Shown in pieces: positions 61,045-64,000 of a stretch of DNA of 64,000 nt. The DNA comes from Candidatus Delongbacteria bacterium. Lineage in GTDB: Bacteria; CAIWAD01. Under the pieces are notes generated by a model that did not search any database, was not told the origin of the DNA, and worked only from the letters and a program-made list of their open reading frames with translations. Numbering within the stretch: position 1 is the first letter of the stretch; each line of letters begins with the position of its first letter. The position numbers and the translations under genes were made by a program. The stretch covers positions 3,488,001 to 3,552,000 of the forward strand of contig OY760505.1 in assembly GCA_963663545.1 (NCBI GenBank), given 5' to 3'.

Positions 61045-62028
61045 ATGTTCAGAGGCATTCTAATCGAGAAGGACGACGCGGGCTACCGCGCCTCACTGAC
61101 GGACTTGGACGAAGGACGATTGCCCGATGGCGATGTGACCGTGCGGGTGAGCCATTCGACGCTCAACTACAAGGACGCGTTGGCCATCACGGGCCGGGGG
61201 CCGGTGGTGCGTAAGTTCCCGATGGTTCCCGGGATTGATCTGGCCGGGGTGGTGGAGTCCTCGATGCATCCCGATTACAAGGCTGGCGATGCGGTTCTTC
61301 TCAATGGCTGGGGAGTTGGGGAAGCGCATTGGGGCGGCCTCGCCCAGAAGGCGCGGCTGAACGGGAACTGGCTGGTGCCGCTGCCGGAGCAGTTCACGCC
61401 GCAACAGGCGATGGCCGTTGGCACAGCGGGCTACACCGCGATGCTCTGTGTGTTGGCGCTGGAGCGGCATGGCGTCACGCCCGCCCATGGAGAGATTCTA
61501 GTGACCGGCGCGGCAGGCGGCGTGGGCAGTGTGGCGACGGCGGTTCTGACCCGGCTTGGTTTCGCCGTCGTCGCGGTGAGCGGTAGACCGGCGGAAGCCG
61601 AATACCTCAAGAGTTTGGGTGCGGTGGAGATCGTGGACCGTGCGACCTTTGCGACACCCGGCAAGCCCTTGGGCAAGGAGCGCTGGGCTGGCGCAGTGGA
61701 TGTTGTCGGCAGCCACACGCTGGCGAATGTCTGCGCGACGACCCAATACCGTGGGATCGTTACGGCATGTGGACTCGCAGGTGGAATGGATTTCCCGTCC
61801 ACGGTCGCACCGTTCATTCTGCGCGGCGTTACTCTGGCAGGCATTGACAGCGTGAGGTGTCCTCGAGTCGAGCGGCTCGAAGCATGGCAACGCCTGGGCA
61901 CAGATCTCGATGTCTCGAAGCTCGCCGCGATCAGCAGAGAAGTGGGCCTGGCAGAGGCGCTGTCGCTTTCGTCTACACTGCTCGACGGCCAATTGAGAGG
62001 ACGGGTGGTTGTCGATGTGAACCGCTGA
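61045..62028 (+). CDS. acuI: YhdH/AcuI acryloyl-CoA reductase-like MDR oxidoreductase
   Basis: [38 protein letters not shown]. Confidence 0.88.
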   Translation: MFRGILIEKDDAGYRASLTDLDEGRLPDGDVTVRVSHSTLNYKDALAITGRGPVVRKFPMVPGIDLAGVVESSMHPDYKAGDAVLLNGWGVGEAHWGGLAQKARLNGNWLVPLPEQFTPQQAMAVGTAGYTAMLCVLALERHGVTPAHGEILVTGAAGGVGSVATAVLTRLGFAVVAVSGRPAEAEYLKSLGAVEIVDRATFATPGKPLGKERWAGAVDVVGSHTLANVCATTQYRGIVTACGLAGGMDFPSTVAPFILRGVTLAGIDSVRCPRVERLEAWQRLGTDLDVSKLAAISREVGLAEALSLSSTLLDGQLRGRVVVDVNR

Positions 62029-62419
62029 TTCGTAAGGCAACAGACCAAAGTGGACACCTGATTACCTAGCATCCTCCGCTAGTCGCAGGCTGCCCAGTGG
62101 CCTTTCAGTAGATCTTGCGGCAGCTCGCAGCAGACAATAGAATAGCCCCGCAAGCTGAATCTGCGATTGAAGCGAAACTGAAACAGGCCGAAGTAGCAGC
62201 CCTATATGAGTGGTCCGGATTTGTGGGGCGATTACACGATTACAGCAGCGTGGCATGTTGAGCTGTCACCAGACGCATGGCCCCGTCGAGGTGCCGTGCG
62301 CTTCGCACCCGGTACCTCGAAGAAGCCTCGCGTAGGGGATGTGCCGCGAATCCGACTCTGGAGAATTGCAAGAGTTCTTCTCTTGGCCTCTCTTCCTCTT
62401 CCTGAGCGAGCATTAAACA

Positions 62420-62899
62420 CTTATGAGGCCCCCATTGTCAATAGCACATAGGTGTTCCTTCCGATTTCCGGTTCTTTGATAGGAAGGCGAGATCACAATT
62501 CCGGCTTTATTTCACGGCCAGGCGCAGAGTGATTCCACAGCCAAACGCCTGTTCGCCAAGGCGAACAGGTTGTCGAAGCTTCGGAGCAAGCTTCGACCCT
62601 TGTACTGGCGAGGTACTGCTTCTCTTTACGCCCTAGAAACTCATTCGTACCCATATGCCGATCTATTCAAGAATACAGGCTCAGCGGCAGCTGTCCAGTT
62701 CGTTCCAGATCGGGGATGGAGCGGAATCAACTTGTTCAGCACCTTCTTTGTTATCAACGGGCAACCAGTCAATCAAATACACGGGCTCGGAGCATTTTGA
62801 TCGAGCAGGACGATCGTGCTTTCTGCACATGGTGATTCCGTCCAGCATTCCGATTCGCCCCTGATGTCCAGTTAGACGGTGGACCTGGTTGCCCGTGGA
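62420..62899 (-). ncRNA. Candidate bridge/seek RNA region, copy 2
   Basis: 12-bp stem 62757-62768/62885-62896 and 7-bp stem 62658-62664/62707-62713. Confidence 0.55.
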
Positions 62900-63943
62900 T
62901 CAGGCCGCCAGGAAGCGTGCCGGATCGAATGCTTGTTGGCGTTTGAGCATATGGTATACCGTTCTTCCGAGTTTGTGAGCAAGAATGGAAAGTGACTTGG
63001 CCTTGCCGTGCTTTCGCGCCAGCTTGTTTCGGTAGGCCTGCCCTTTCGGATTGTTGCGTAAGTACAATGTGGCAGCTTCGCCAAACGCCCACTTCAGGTG
63101 AGCGTTGCCAATCTTGCGTCCACCGCTCCCGCTGCGCTTTCCGGCAGATTCGTGAGCGCAAATGACAAGCCTTGCATAGGAGGCGAAATCCTGCACACGC
63201 GGGAATCGGCTGATGTCATGGATTTCGTAGAGGATTGTCATAGCCAATGTGGGGCCTATGCCATGAATGGTCTTGAGCAGCTCGAATTCCCTTGGCTTAT
63301 GCCAGGCAACTTGCTTTCGCAGAGTTTTCTCGACGTGATTGATCTGCGTTGTCAGCGACTGAATCACGTGAAGATCGAGTTGGATGGTTTCCCTGGTCAT
63401 TGGATCGTCGAACAGGTAAAGGCCAGGATCCTCTAGATCCAGCCGCTGTGTCTTTCCAGTCAGGGTATGCAGATTGGCTTGGCTTTGGGTATTGACTACA
63501 TGTGCCATCAGTTCAGCGCGAAAACGTACCAGCGCTGTTCGTCTGCGAAGCAAATCTCGCGTCGCCCGCATTTCTTTCGGATAGACATAGGCCATGGGGA
63601 AGACACCCCCTCGGATCATGTGGGCAATCTTGGAGGCATCCAGTTTGTCGTTTTTGGCTTTTGCGCCGTGAATGGCTTTCATGTAGAGCGCGTGTCCCAG
63701 TAGAAAGGGAATCCCCTCGTTTTCGCAAAGATCGGCGAGCCAGTACCAGGTGGACATGCACTCGACTCCGACGATGAGGCCATCGCGATAGGGCTGAATG
63801 GCAGCCAGAAAGGCCGCTGCGCTTGTGGGAATGTTTTGTTGCAAGCAGATTGTTCCCCGTTCATCCAACACGCATAGGTACATTGTTTTCGCATGCAGGT
63901 CAATTCCGCATGTGTGACGATGTTGGCCTTGATAGAATCTCAT
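62900..63943 (-). CDS. IS110 family recombinase
   Basis: GIDLHAK, VE, KNDKLDA (DEDD); IHGIGP, HESAGK Ser, GNAHLK. Confidence 0.95.
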   Translation of the reverse strand: MRFYQGQHRHTCGIDLHAKTMYLCVLDERGTICLQQNIPTSAAAFLAAIQPYRDGLIVGVECMSTWYWLADLCENEGIPFLLGHALYMKAIHGAKAKNDKLDASKIAHMIRGGVFPMAYVYPKEMRATRDLLRRRTALVRFRAELMAHVVNTQSQANLHTLTGKTQRLDLEDPGLYLFDDPMTRETIQLDLHVIQSLTTQINHVEKTLRKQVAWHKPREFELLKTIHGIGPTLAMTILYEIHDISRFPRVQDFASYARLVICAHESAGKRSGSGGRKIGNAHLKWAFGEAATLYLRNNPKGQAYRNKLARKHGKAKSLSILAHKLGRTVYHMLKRQQAFDPARFLAA

Positions 63944-64000
63944 GGTCTCCTCCTGAGTGGGTGATTGTGACTACCCGAAGTATCGGGTCACTCGTGAAAG

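Larger units (their letters stand above)
62420..64000 (-). mobile_element. IS110-family (IS1111 group) element; left end about 20 bp beyond the window
   Basis: Intact transposase, 480-bp downstream non-coding end, IR gaggcccc. Confidence 0.92.

Overview
High-GC (roughly 60% by eye) bacterial chromosome segment. C-terminal NPFN sorting domains on secreted proteins suggest an FCB-group organism (inference). Bases 2-46 kb are mostly core genes on the + strand: purL; an AsmA/YdbH-like, DUF1318-lipoprotein and 2600-aa exported PD40-TPR-CHAT protease operon; an atypical glmS; a CotH kinase; an M43 protease; rlmB, mazG and HU; four tRNAs; a GH20; PPi-type pfk; serS; trkA-trkH-trkH-cdaR-tsaD. This part is saturated with a GTGATAC/GTATCAC heptamer (more than 70 copies counted by eye, about 5-6 expected). 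Beyond 46 kb lie a Fic gene, a Na+-pumping methylmalonyl-CoA decarboxylase operon, a multi-PAS hybrid kinase, decayed toxin-antitoxin and restriction remnants, and an integrase-less attC cassette array. The array carries a membrane-protein plus ThsB-like TIR pair (candidate new Thoeris-like defence system), an HNH nuclease and AcuI. It is interrupted by two IS110/IS1111 elements whose non-coding ends look like attC-targeting bridge/seek RNAs. All calls come from motif reading; no searches were run.
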